Source: an uncultured Candidatus Saccharibacteria bacterium (GTDB taxonomy: Bacteria; Patescibacteriota; UBA1384; DTJR01). From it: a stretch of 64,000 nt of DNA. The first letter of the stretch is position 1. Every line of letters starts with the position of its first letter. A model generated the notes under the pieces. That model had not been told where the DNA came from, searched no databases, and saw only the letters and a program-made list of their open reading frames with translations. The stretch covers positions 70,745 through 134,744 of the forward strand of contig CAZAOT010000001.1 in assembly GCA_964487045.1 (NCBI GenBank), given 5' to 3'. The position numbers and the translations under genes are program-made. Below, piece after piece: positions 37,294 to 46,802 of the stretch.

Positions 37294-39004
37294 TATGTAC
37301 CCCTTTTGTATTGGTATCTTTCTTTATTATCTCATTTGGCGAAAGGTCTGGGAAGATCTCCTTGGCGCGTCTCGTCAATGTTTCGCCGATTCCAGACATT
37401 CCAGTTTTCAGATTTGAGTCAAAGTAAAGCGGTGGCACTAAAATTTTCGAGACAGGAAAATCACTCTCTTTTTCGGAATTTTCAGCGCTTTTTCTTAAGA
37501 TCAATTCTCCAACTTCGTATATTTGCTGCTGAGCTGCCTGCGGGCCATAGGTAGCAATATCTCGAAGTGCGAATTCTCCTGGTCCGTACAGCGATGAACC
37601 GAGTGATGTGATTGGGCTTTCCAACTTAGGATAGTAACCTACCGCGCAAAGATAATTTTCAGTTCCTGGAGCGACTACTGAAGGCCAGTTGAAATCGTAT
37701 TCAAGAGAAATTTTTGTTGGAGGTTCGATCTTTTTATTGCTTGTTACATCGGTGCATTTTATTTCACCGGCTGAAGTAATATCAAATTCATACGGCTCAT
37801 TTTCTTTGCCTGTTGCTGGGGAGGGAGAGCCTTTGTAGTGAATGGTGACTTTATATTGTTTTGAAATATCAGTCATAATACGAAGCGATCCTTCTGAAAT
37901 TTGATTTTCATCGATCGCTTTCTGACTGGCCGGATCATCAAAAACAAGAGCTCCAGATGACGTACTATTCTTTAAAAGACTTTTGATTGCTTTAACTGCC
38001 CAGACGGCTGGGTTTAACTGGTATAATTTCTCAACGACATACATCGTGTAGGCGATCGGGATAATCGCTATTATGGCGCAGCAGGCGAGCCATTTGACGC
38101 CTTTTTTGGCGAGTCGATCAGCACTCTCTACGCCTTCTTTTATCTTTACGCCTTCTTTTCCAATTTTGATTGCTGTCTTGGCAACTTTGGGAGCGTTTTT
38201 GGCTACCTCGGTTGCCGCCACTGCGGCTAGAGACACACCAAGAGTTTCAGGGGCGGCGGCAATTTCTGCTCCTTCAGCCGCTGCTACAGCCCCTTCGCCA
38301 ATGGCTTCTGCGCCTTCAACTGCTTTTGCGCCCGCGTTGGCAGCCTGACCTCCGAGCTCAGCTACTTTTTCTCCAGCTCCTACGGCTTTACTGCCTGCGT
38401 CAGCTGCTTTCTCTCCAGCTCCGACTACTTTTCCGCCCGCGTTGGCAGCTTGCTCGGCTCCGTTTGCACCTTCTTGAATTCCTTCTGCGCCACCCGACAC
38501 GGCTTCGCCAGCCGGAGGAGTTTCTCCTGCGGGTGTCCCTGGCTCGGGCGCTCCCTCGGGTGTTTCAGCGTCAGGAGTTTCAGGATTTTCGCCTTGCGTA
38601 TTCCACTCAGGATGCTTTTCTCTAAAAGCCGCTAGGTTTTCGTCGTAGTTTTTATAGTAATCGCCAGCATTAGCCCTGGTCCCGTCGGCATTTCTCATCA
38701 CCTCATCCCTTATTCCTGGTCTTAGCCGTCCGTATTCGTCTTCATTTGGATTTTTGAGCGTTCCATCTTCCCTCTGATTGACTTTCTTCGAGCCATTCTC
38801 TGAATTTGGCTCGTCTGATTTATTTAACCCAAGCTTATCGCGAACAAATTTTTCTCCGCGACCTCGGTTGAAGGTACTATCAACATTTTTTAGATCATCG
38901 ACGCTGTCATATGCATCGCTAATAAAACCGCCATCATCATTATGCCTAGGGCTTCTTGCTTGTGCTTCTTCAAGTTCTCGTTGTCGCTGTTCGTCAACTA
39001 CCAT
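37280..39004 (-). CDS. Membrane protein with charged N-terminus, Ala/Gly-rich repeats, one TM and an extracellular domain (574 aa)
   Basis: AVGAGEK-type repeats; TM WLACCAIIAIIPIAYTMYVV; ends GVHIGFD. Confidence 0.75.
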   Translation of the reverse strand: MVVDEQRQRELEEAQARSPRHNDDGGFISDAYDSVDDLKNVDSTFNRGRGEKFVRDKLGLNKSDEPNSENGSKKVNQREDGTLKNPNEDEYGRLRPGIRDEVMRNADGTRANAGDYYKNYDENLAAFREKHPEWNTQGENPETPDAETPEGAPEPGTPAGETPPAGEAVSGGAEGIQEGANGAEQAANAGGKVVGAGEKAADAGSKAVGAGEKVAELGGQAANAGAKAVEGAEAIGEGAVAAAEGAEIAAAPETLGVSLAAVAATEVAKNAPKVAKTAIKIGKEGVKIKEGVESADRLAKKGVKWLACCAIIAIIPIAYTMYVVEKLYQLNPAVWAVKAIKSLLKNSTSSGALVFDDPASQKAIDENQISEGSLRIMTDISKQYKVTIHYKGSPSPATGKENEPYEFDITSAGEIKCTDVTSNKKIEPPTKISLEYDFNWPSVVAPGTENYLCAVGYYPKLESPITSLGSSLYGPGEFALRDIATYGPQAAQQQIYEVGELILRKSAENSEKESDFPVSKILVPPLYFDSNLKTGMSGIGETLTRRAKEIFPDLSPNEIIKKDTNTKGVHIGFD

Positions 39005-39386
39005 TGTTAGCTTTATTTATTTCTTCTTTGAGGGCTTGCTCAAGGTAGATAAAAATATTTATTTGTAGATAAGCGAATATGTCCTTATTATTCTGGTTGG
39101 TAATTGCTTTCAAACAATTATTGACTGTCTTGTCTATAACAGATTCTCTAAACATAACATCTTGGTTAATAAAATAATTCCCATAAGCCAGCTCGAAGTA
39201 TGTTAAGGCCAACGATCGAATCTTTGATTTTAAGCTTCGTTGCTCAAGTATTTTTATAGAACCAAAATCTGTCCATCCAGCTCGTAAATATTCAGCATAA
39301 TCACATAATCTTGCAGTCTGCCGCGCTGCAATCTCTTCAAGGGCTATCCTATGCTGCAAAAGGTTTTTATCAGTTATTATTTTCAT
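38994..39386 (-). CDS. Hypothetical helical protein (130 aa)
   Basis: Overlaps both neighbours as expected for translational coupling (ATGA overlap at 39383-86). Confidence 0.7.
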   Translation of the reverse strand: MKIITDKNLLQHRIALEEIAARQTARLCDYAEYLRAGWTDFGSIKILEQRSLKSKIRSLALTYFELAYGNYFINQDVMFRESVIDKTVNNCLKAITNQNNKDIFAYLQINIFIYLEQALKEEINKANNGS

Positions 39387-42328
39387 ATATTTCTTTCATT
39401 TGGGTTTCTTATTGTTGCAGCAGAGATTGCCCGTTTTAGTTCTTCAATAACTGGCCTATCAATTTCAGATCCATTTGGTAATCCAGCTATTTGGGCAGCG
39501 ATGAAGTCTTTAGCTTGCTTTAATTCTTCGGGGGGGACACTACTTGGATCCGTAGAATGTCTATCGAAAGTTTCGACAGACTTAATAATTTGTGGTACAG
39601 AGGCTCCTTGATTGATGGATAGTTTGCCGGCAATTCTAAGCACAGCTTGATTATCATCTTTTGCATGTGATGATCCCATGACTTTAATTGAAGCTGCTGA
39701 AACACCCAGGATTCGGTCTTCAAGTTCCTTGTCAATATTTCCATCAGGGTAAAACTCTTGCTTTACTTTTGTAAGTATTTCAGGAGCATTTGTTCCTCGC
39801 GATGCTTCGAGATCTTGTACGAGTTTTGATATCTCAGCCTTTTTGGATGGGTCTTTTCTGGTTAAAATGTTTCCTATTTCTGCTAATCCGATTTCAGTTT
39901 CATTATTTAAGCTGTCGATGTCTTCGGGCGATAGGTTATTTGATTGTTGAGCGCCTAGTAAACTCCTTATTCTTTCCAGGGGGTTACCTGTAGTAACTCT
40001 AAGTTGTGTTTTTAATCCACCTAAAGAATCGTTGATTTCTCTTAAATGTTGAGACACACCCGACAAACCTTCGGCAACCTCTGCTCCGTAGTCTTCTGGG
40101 ATATCAGCCCCTGGGCCGTCGCCGGAATAAAAATCCTGAAGGCTTGGGCCTCGACCGCCATTGGGCGCTCCGCTTGGTCCACCTGAAGTGGGTCCGCTAG
40201 CTCCTCCTGGGGGCGTTCCTCCTCCTTGCGGCCTAGGTCTTCTAGGTGTGGTTGGTGGGGTCGGAGATCCGTTATCTCCTAATATATATTCAACAACCTT
40301 TCTATTTACGAGAGCCTGCTGTGTCTCAATAGGAACGTGACTTCTAGCTTCCCTGGCTAATAATTTCTGAAGCTGATCAAAAAGAGGTTTCGCTAAGTTT
40401 AGGTTGTCTTCAAAAGTTCTTGCTTGTCCTCCAGCTTTCCATCTTTCACCCCTTTCGTTCTTGTTCCAATTTTTTCTCATTGCTGCAAAAACTCTTTGAT
40501 AGCCTGGCATATTGTCATCATTAACTCGTTCTTTTTGTAAAAGCTTAGTCATAAAATCAAATGCTTTTGCTTGTCTATCTGGATCATTTGCTGGGGCTAT
40601 TTCTCGTTCTATATTTCTAAGCAGGTTGACCAAAGCATATTTATACTCCTCTAGGTCGGATGATTTTTCAGTATGGGACAGATCGGAACCTAATCGTTCT
40701 ACCTCTGATTTAGTTCTTGCATAAGGACTAGCAAATCTCTTAAACGCCCAGTTCGTTCTTCTGCGCGCCTTATCCTCTTCTTTAGCATCTGATTCTGCAG
40801 ATTCTTTTATTGCACCCGCCCATCCAGAGATTAAACTTGCGGGGCCATACTGCTCAAGTGCAAACAAGGTTTTGTAAGGTAAGCTTCCTTGCAAATTATC
40901 GCTTAGCTGTTTCTCCCTAGATTCTTCTGCTTGAGTATAATAAGTTCGCAGTAATCCCGCTTCGGATGTATTCCTTACCTCATCTTCATTCTCGGAAAAA
41001 AATCGATTGGCTTCTATATCATCATGTTGATTTGGTTCCAGAGCATTGTTTTGGTATCTGTCGTAATATTCTTCTATTTGCTCATCCGAGATATTGCCTA
41101 TCGGAATATTCGCACCGAACATGTTCGTTCTGGCATTATCATCCTCGGCAAGTCTTTGCCTAAATCCTGAAATTTGATATTGACGGAGCGCTGCCTGGCC
41201 TTCATTACTCTGCAGTTTATCTCTTGCCGCATTATCGAATTTTCCTGCACTTCGTTCTTTCATCATGGTTGTACTAATACCTGCTTCCAAGCCGCGTCTT
41301 CTTTCGTATAATGCTCTTGGAATTTTCTTAGAATAATCTGCAACCGCAAGGCCTTTTTTGTATCCCGATGTTACTTGACCAGGAAGGGCAGCTATTGCTC
41401 CGCTAACATCTTTTTCCCACGTAAATGGTGCTCTGACTGCGAAGGCAAATAGAGCGATTTTTAAAACCATCGGTATTAGATTTCCAATTAAGCTCGACAG
41501 GAAGCCATCCCCGACTGCTCCTGCCATAGAAGGAATTAGTTTAGCTAGATAATAAATGACGGCGAGTAGTAGTGGATAATAAATCCAAAAAACAAGTATT
41601 TTCCACCATTTTTTAAACACCCCTTCGGTTTCAGGAAGAGCTGATAGGCCGACTGCAACTGGTCCAAAGGCAACGGCAAGTAGTACGATCCAAGGTCTTA
41701 GAGAATGAAATAAACCAAGCATTAAAAGTGCGCCTACTAAGAATATATTCATAATAACAGGCACAAGTGCTAGCAAACTACCGATGGCAAAGTTGAGAAA
41801 CATTGTTAGGAATCCCAGGATTGTGCTTCCCCCTGATGTTACAGCTAAGCCTCCGCCCACCATACTAATCCAATCCCACGAACCTGGTGGGTGGAAGATT
41901 GGTACGGCACTTTGGAGCGCATCGAGAATTGATGACATGATTGTAGCGATCGGGAGAAGTAAGTTTCCCAGGAACGCGGCAAAGATTAATTTGGGAATAA
42001 TTTTTTTAATCGCATAAGTTTCGATATTCAAATTGAGGATATTTCTGAAGGCTACATATATTAAAAATAGAAAAAGGCAGATATTAAGCAGCCCTCGTGA
42101 GAAGGAGTAGAGTCTAAAAAACCATTCGTTTGAAAGTTTACCAGTTGATACATTGATATTAGTGCCATTTAGCATTTTGGTCAGGAATTGCGGATCAGCA
42201 GCATAGGTTATGGATGGCCCGCTGCTAATAGCAATTGATTCACTGGAGTTTGCTTTTATATCAATTGAAATAAAATTCCAGGCCGCTAGAGCAATAATAA
42301 TAAATAGTAGTGAATATATCTTTTTCAT
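39383..42328 (-). CDS. Second VirB6/TrbL-like polytopic membrane protein with long soluble C-terminal tail
   Basis: Start MKKIYSLL (ATGA overlap with the upstream gene); AFRNILNLNIETYAIKKIIPKLIFA; LRPWIVLLAVAFGPVAVGLSALPETEGVFKKWW. Paralog of 34159-37293. Confidence 0.65.
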   Translation of the reverse strand: MKKIYSLLFIIIALAAWNFISIDIKANSSESIAISSGPSITYAADPQFLTKMLNGTNINVSTGKLSNEWFFRLYSFSRGLLNICLFLFLIYVAFRNILNLNIETYAIKKIIPKLIFAAFLGNLLLPIATIMSSILDALQSAVPIFHPPGSWDWISMVGGGLAVTSGGSTILGFLTMFLNFAIGSLLALVPVIMNIFLVGALLMLGLFHSLRPWIVLLAVAFGPVAVGLSALPETEGVFKKWWKILVFWIYYPLLLAVIYYLAKLIPSMAGAVGDGFLSSLIGNLIPMVLKIALFAFAVRAPFTWEKDVSGAIAALPGQVTSGYKKGLAVADYSKKIPRALYERRRGLEAGISTTMMKERSAGKFDNAARDKLQSNEGQAALRQYQISGFRQRLAEDDNARTNMFGANIPIGNISDEQIEEYYDRYQNNALEPNQHDDIEANRFFSENEDEVRNTSEAGLLRTYYTQAEESREKQLSDNLQGSLPYKTLFALEQYGPASLISGWAGAIKESAESDAKEEDKARRRTNWAFKRFASPYARTKSEVERLGSDLSHTEKSSDLEEYKYALVNLLRNIEREIAPANDPDRQAKAFDFMTKLLQKERVNDDNMPGYQRVFAAMRKNWNKNERGERWKAGGQARTFEDNLNLAKPLFDQLQKLLAREARSHVPIETQQALVNRKVVEYILGDNGSPTPPTTPRRPRPQGGGTPPGGASGPTSGGPSGAPNGGRGPSLQDFYSGDGPGADIPEDYGAEVAEGLSGVSQHLREINDSLGGLKTQLRVTTGNPLERIRSLLGAQQSNNLSPEDIDSLNNETEIGLAEIGNILTRKDPSKKAEISKLVQDLEASRGTNAPEILTKVKQEFYPDGNIDKELEDRILGVSAASIKVMGSSHAKDDNQAVLRIAGKLSINQGASVPQIIKSVETFDRHSTDPSSVPPEELKQAKDFIAAQIAGLPNGSEIDRPVIEELKRAISAATIRNPNERNI

Positions 42329-42999
42329 TTTCGATCGATAATTAAGCATGCTCCACCTTTGTATTCGTATTTCAGGTCATTGTTGTAGTTGGTCTGCAAT
42401 GCTGAGGCGTGAAAGGAGCAGGCGAGTTGTGCCAGAGGCTCCATAATCTTAGTTGTAATGAAGTTAGTAGCATCGCAAGTCATTTTCTCAATCGAATTTG
42501 ACCAGCTGCTGGAGAGTCCGGCCATTTCGCAAACGGTTTTGTTATTGTATGGACTATTGCGAGTGTCAACGATAGTCAATTCGTTGTTTGTAACTGTCCA
42601 GTCGAGAGGCCCGGCATTTGGTGCGGGAGTAATTGTGACCTTGTACCACCTAACGCCATTTTGGTCGACTGTCGAGACAGGTGTGCGGGCAGTCGATGGC
42701 GTCGTTAGGGTTGATGTGCCAGATTGAGTCGCACCTGGCGTTTTTGACTCTAGTGTATCAGCCGAGTCTGAAGAGGTGGGGCTTACTAGATCTCCAATTG
42801 GAAGCCCTGCGCCGGCGCTATTGTCAGCGCCCGGCTGCTCGGTGAAGAAACCGTCTATTGGAGAAGAGTCAGTTATTGGGCTTTCAGACGGGAGGGTAAC
42901 ATTGTCGCTTTTGCGAGAGTTAAGGTATACAAACACAACAGCGATTATCAAAATCACTGCCAATCCTAGAGCAATTTTTGCTTTATTAGATAGCTGCAA
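42325..42999 (-). CDS. Membrane-anchored protein with S/T/P linker and a 4-Cys C-terminal domain
   Basis: TTG start behind AGGGAGG; N-terminal TM; C-x17-C-x18-C...NYNN...C domain. Confidence 0.75.
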   Translation of the reverse strand: MQLSNKAKIALGLAVILIIAVVFVYLNSRKSDNVTLPSESPITDSSPIDGFFTEQPGADNSAGAGLPIGDLVSPTSSDSADTLESKTPGATQSGTSTLTTPSTARTPVSTVDQNGVRWYKVTITPAPNAGPLDWTVTNNELTIVDTRNSPYNNKTVCEMAGLSSSWSNSIEKMTCDATNFITTKIMEPLAQLACSFHASALQTNYNNDLKYEYKGGACLIIDRK

Positions 43000-43166
43000 A
43001 ACCCCTCCCTAAGTTACTTACTAATTTTACCATACAAATAGGACAAGAAAAACCGCATTTTATTCAAAATAACTGACTATAGGCCTCGGTTTACAATCTT
43101 GTCGAAATTGGACTAAAATAGGTCAAACTCTTTAATTCTCTTCCTATATATAGTAATCTTTAGCAG

Positions 43167-44642
43167 ATGAGTTACACAAAAAAAGTTGCTTTTAGCACAG
43201 CATCCCAGTTTGTCGGTAAATTCGCTGGGATAGCGATCTCTCTGGTTACAATTGGAATTTTATTTAGATTTTTAGGAGTCGAGGGATCGGGAAAGTACAC
43301 TACTACATTTGCCTTTACCTCATTTTTCGCTTTATTTGCCGATATAGGGCTTGGCTGGACTCTGCTTCGAGAACTCTCAATCAAGCAGACGAAAGAAGAA
43401 AAGAGTAAGGTTTTTAAGAATATCTTTACCTTAAGAATCATCTTAGGTATTGCGGTCTATGCAATTGCTTCAGCTTTGGTCTGGGCTTTTAATTATCCGA
43501 CAGACGTAAAAATGGCAGTTGGAGTTTTGGCGATCGCTTGGTTTTTCCAGTCACTAACTTCGAGCGTTGTTCAGATCTACCTCAATACTTATCGAATGGA
43601 TATTGCCGTTATGGGAGAAGTGGTAGGCAAGGCGTTCATATTGCTCTTTGTCTATCTCGCCTCAACTTCAGGGGGCAACCTAATTTCGGTCATGTTCGCT
43701 TATTTAGTGGGATGTTTTGTAAATTTTGTGATCGTTTGGCTCTTAGCTGGTAGATTCATTCCCACCGGGCTGGCTTTCGACAAAACCTATTGGCGCTATG
43801 CCCTGCGTCAGGCTATTCCGATTGGGATTACTTTGGTCTTTGGCTATGTTTATTACAAAGTTGACTCCCTGATGCTCTCTCTTCTTAAAGGAATGACCGA
43901 TGTAGGAATTTATGGCGCCCCTTACAAATTACTTGAAGTATTGCAAATGTTTCCCGCGCTATTTTTGGGAGCTTCATTCTCGCTTATAACCAAATACGTG
44001 ACCGATAAAGATGAGCGTGTAAACTCAGCTTTTCAGAAACAATTTGATTTTCTTTCGACAATTGCCTGGCCAGTTGTGATTGGAACTTTCGTGCTGGCTC
44101 TGCCGATAATTAAATTTATAACGGGCTCGGATGGCCAATTTGTAGACGCTTCGACAGTTACCATCCTCGGACTGCCTATGACTTCGGTAATATGTCTTAA
44201 GATCTTAATTTTCTCAGTTGGTGTCAATTTCTTCAGTTCGCTTTATAATTTTATGATCGTATCACTCGGTAAGCAAAAACAAATGGTCTGGCCGACAATC
44301 GGTTTTGCGCTTTTTAATGTAGCTTTGAACTGGTTCTTAATTCCAAGATACAGCTATATTGGAGCATCGGCAGCGACACTTCTGACTGAGGGCATGGTTC
44401 TCCTGACGACCTACTTTATTGCCAAGAAAAATATTTTTCTGCCGCTTCAATTTAATAATTTTGTTAAAATTGCTCTTAGCGCCATTGCGATGGGAATTGC
44501 GACCCACTACACTTATCAGTTGACCGGAGGATTATTCTTAAGTATTGTTGCCGCGCTTGTCGTCTATGGAGTGTTGGCGCTTGCTCTTGGCATAGTCCCA
44601 CAGGAGTTATTAAATAAAGTATTTAAATTTAAAAAATCATGA
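43167..44642 (+). CDS. Wzx-type oligosaccharide flippase
   Basis: Many TMs; FADIGLG, YYKVDSLML...VGIYGAPYKL, NVALNWFLIPRYSYIGASAAT. Confidence 0.93.
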   Translation: MSYTKKVAFSTASQFVGKFAGIAISLVTIGILFRFLGVEGSGKYTTTFAFTSFFALFADIGLGWTLLRELSIKQTKEEKSKVFKNIFTLRIILGIAVYAIASALVWAFNYPTDVKMAVGVLAIAWFFQSLTSSVVQIYLNTYRMDIAVMGEVVGKAFILLFVYLASTSGGNLISVMFAYLVGCFVNFVIVWLLAGRFIPTGLAFDKTYWRYALRQAIPIGITLVFGYVYYKVDSLMLSLLKGMTDVGIYGAPYKLLEVLQMFPALFLGASFSLITKYVTDKDERVNSAFQKQFDFLSTIAWPVVIGTFVLALPIIKFITGSDGQFVDASTVTILGLPMTSVICLKILIFSVGVNFFSSLYNFMIVSLGKQKQMVWPTIGFALFNVALNWFLIPRYSYIGASAATLLTEGMVLLTTYFIAKKNIFLPLQFNNFVKIALSAIAMGIATHYTYQLTGGLFLSIVAALVVYGVLALALGIVPQELLNKVFKFKKS

Positions 44643-45730
44643 AAGTAGCAATTGATATTCAAACGACTCTAGGCAAGCCAACTGGCTTTGGTTTCTACGT
44701 ATCCAATCTAGTGGAAGCTTTAAAGAAGAGGACTGATAAGGATTTGGAGCTGGAGCTTATCAGTCCAAACTATGACCGCGATTTCTCTACACCACAGAGA
44801 TTTTACTGGGACCAATTTACTTATCCAAAAATCGCTAGAGCCAAGAAAGTCGATATTTTGCACCAACCTTGCTTCTCGGCGCCGCTTTCTTTCAATAAAC
44901 CGGTGGTTGTAACCATCCACGACATCATCAGCCTACTTTTTCCCGAGACCATTCCGTTTGCCTCTAGAATGTTTTATTCCAAATGGATGCCTTTTTCCTA
45001 CCGGAAAGCTTCTAAAATTATCACAATCTCTCAGTCTACGAAGCGAGACATTGTAAGAGTTTTAGGAATTCCCGAGAGTAAAATTACGGTTATTCCGCTT
45101 GGCTTTGATAAAAAAATGGAGGAGCGTCAGAGCAAAAATAAGATCGAGGAAGTGAAGAAGAAATATCACCTACCTCAAAATTATCTTCTCCACATTGGTA
45201 CTCTAGAGCCGCGAAAAAACCTCGATTTCTTAATTGATGTTTTTGCTGAAGTAATTCAAAAGGATGATAAAAATGATCTTCATCTTGTGATCACTGGCAA
45301 GAAGGGCTGGTATTATGAGGGCTTGTTTGAAAAGGTTAAAAATTTGTCTTTAGAGAAGAGGGTTATCTTTACCGGATATATTGACGAGGAAGATAAGGCG
45401 GCCATCTATCAGGGTGCTCGAATATTTACTTTCCCGTCGATTTATGAGGGCTTTGGTTTGCCACCACTTGAGGCGATGGCCGCCGGAATTCCGGTAATTT
45501 CTTCTAATACATCATCGATGCCCGAGGTAATTGGTGACGCTGGAATTTTGATCTCGCCATATGATAAATCGGCTTGGGTGAAGGCAATTTGCGACGTTGA
45601 TTCAAGTGAAAAACTGCGATCCGAGATGATAAGGAAAAATCTTGACCAAGTTAAAAAATTTTCGTGGGATAAAACCGCAGAAAAAACAATCGAAATATAT
45701 ACAAAGGTGTTCAATGAGCAAAAAGCCTAA
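44639..45730 (+). CDS. Glycosyltransferase family 4 (GT-B)
   Basis: [33 protein letters not shown]. Confidence 0.95.
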   Translation: MKVAIDIQTTLGKPTGFGFYVSNLVEALKKRTDKDLELELISPNYDRDFSTPQRFYWDQFTYPKIARAKKVDILHQPCFSAPLSFNKPVVVTIHDIISLLFPETIPFASRMFYSKWMPFSYRKASKIITISQSTKRDIVRVLGIPESKITVIPLGFDKKMEERQSKNKIEEVKKKYHLPQNYLLHIGTLEPRKNLDFLIDVFAEVIQKDDKNDLHLVITGKKGWYYEGLFEKVKNLSLEKRVIFTGYIDEEDKAAIYQGARIFTFPSIYEGFGLPPLEAMAAGIPVISSNTSSMPEVIGDAGILISPYDKSAWVKAICDVDSSEKLRSEMIRKNLDQVKKFSWDKTAEKTIEIYTKVFNEQKA

Positions 45731-46802
45731 AATTATATTCATTTCCGAATCTATCAGGCGAGACTCCCATGCTCCAATGAGATTTTTTAAAGAGCTTGAA
45801 GTTGTCCATCTCTATCTAAATGCTCCTTATGGCGATATGTCGCAAGATGACCTTGAAGGTGCAAGACAAGTGAAAATCGAAAATTTATTGCAAGAATTGA
45901 TCGCTGAGAAACCAGACATTATCCAAGGCGCTGAACCATTTGGCTCAAGGCTAAGTCTAAAGCTTGCGAATATTTGCCTTAAAGCTTGCCAAAAGACAGG
46001 AGCAAAACTGGTTGTGCCAATTCTAGAAAATCGGCCACTTAGCGAGAGATTTAATTTGGTTCAACGAGCAGTGCTTAGAGCTTTCTGTCCTGGCTATTTC
46101 AAATTTGCTAGTGCGGTGGTTGTCTTGAACAAAGGCGCGAAAGTCAATGTCAAAGCTTACGCCAAAAATGCCAAAATAATTGAAGGAATTGTTTGGGGGG
46201 TGTGGGGAGTTGATACAGATCTTTTCAAAAAAATTGCAGAAAAAGAGAAGAATAGTTTGATCTATGTGGGGCGCTTGGTAGAGGACAAGGGGCTAAAGTA
46301 TATGCTCGAGGGTTTTGCAAAATCTTGTGAAAAAATATCAGATTTAAAGCTTAGGCTGGCTGGACGAGGGGACTATGAAGAGCAGATGCGCAGTTTTATC
46401 AAAGAAAGAAATTTAGAGTCAAATGTGAAATTCTTAGGCTTAGTCAAAAATACCGAATTGCCAAAATATTTCTCAAAAGCGGAGCTTTGTATCTATCCTT
46501 CGATTACAATGAAGCGTTGGGAAGAACAGGTTGGCACGGTTAATTTTCAGGCAATGGCCTGTGAGACGCCAGTCGTGACGACTAAAAGTGGCGCAATTCC
46601 TGAATACATAAAGGACGGTGAGGGAGCATTTCTTGTCAAAGAAAAAAGTGCGGAAGCGATTAGCGTAGCAGTCTTAGATTATTTTTCAGATCGAAAGCGG
46701 ATGCTGGAGGTGCAGAAGCGAGCCAGAAATTTTGTGATGAGATATGATATAAGAAGCGAGATTGCCAAAGCGGAAAAATTATTACTTGAAATAATAAAGT
46801 GA
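45714..46802 (+). CDS. Glycosyltransferase family 4 (GT-B)
   Basis: [33 protein letters not shown]; start MSKKPK at 45714. Confidence 0.9.
   Translation: MSKKPKIIFISESIRRDSHAPMRFFKELEVVHLYLNAPYGDMSQDDLEGARQVKIENLLQELIAEKPDIIQGAEPFGSRLSLKLANICLKACQKTGAKLVVPILENRPLSERFNLVQRAVLRAFCPGYFKFASAVVVLNKGAKVNVKAYAKNAKIIEGIVWGVWGVDTDLFKKIAEKEKNSLIYVGRLVEDKGLKYMLEGFAKSCEKISDLKLRLAGRGDYEEQMRSFIKERNLESNVKFLGLVKNTELPKYFSKAELCIYPSITMKRWEEQVGTVNFQAMACETPVVTTKSGAIPEYIKDGEGAFLVKEKSAEAISVAVLDYFSDRKRMLEVQKRARNFVMRYDIRSEIAKAEKLLLEIIK

Noticed and set aside
32665-42999. Conjugative element or prophage
   Set aside because: No relaxase, coupling protein, VirB4, integrase, or phage structural genes were recognised.
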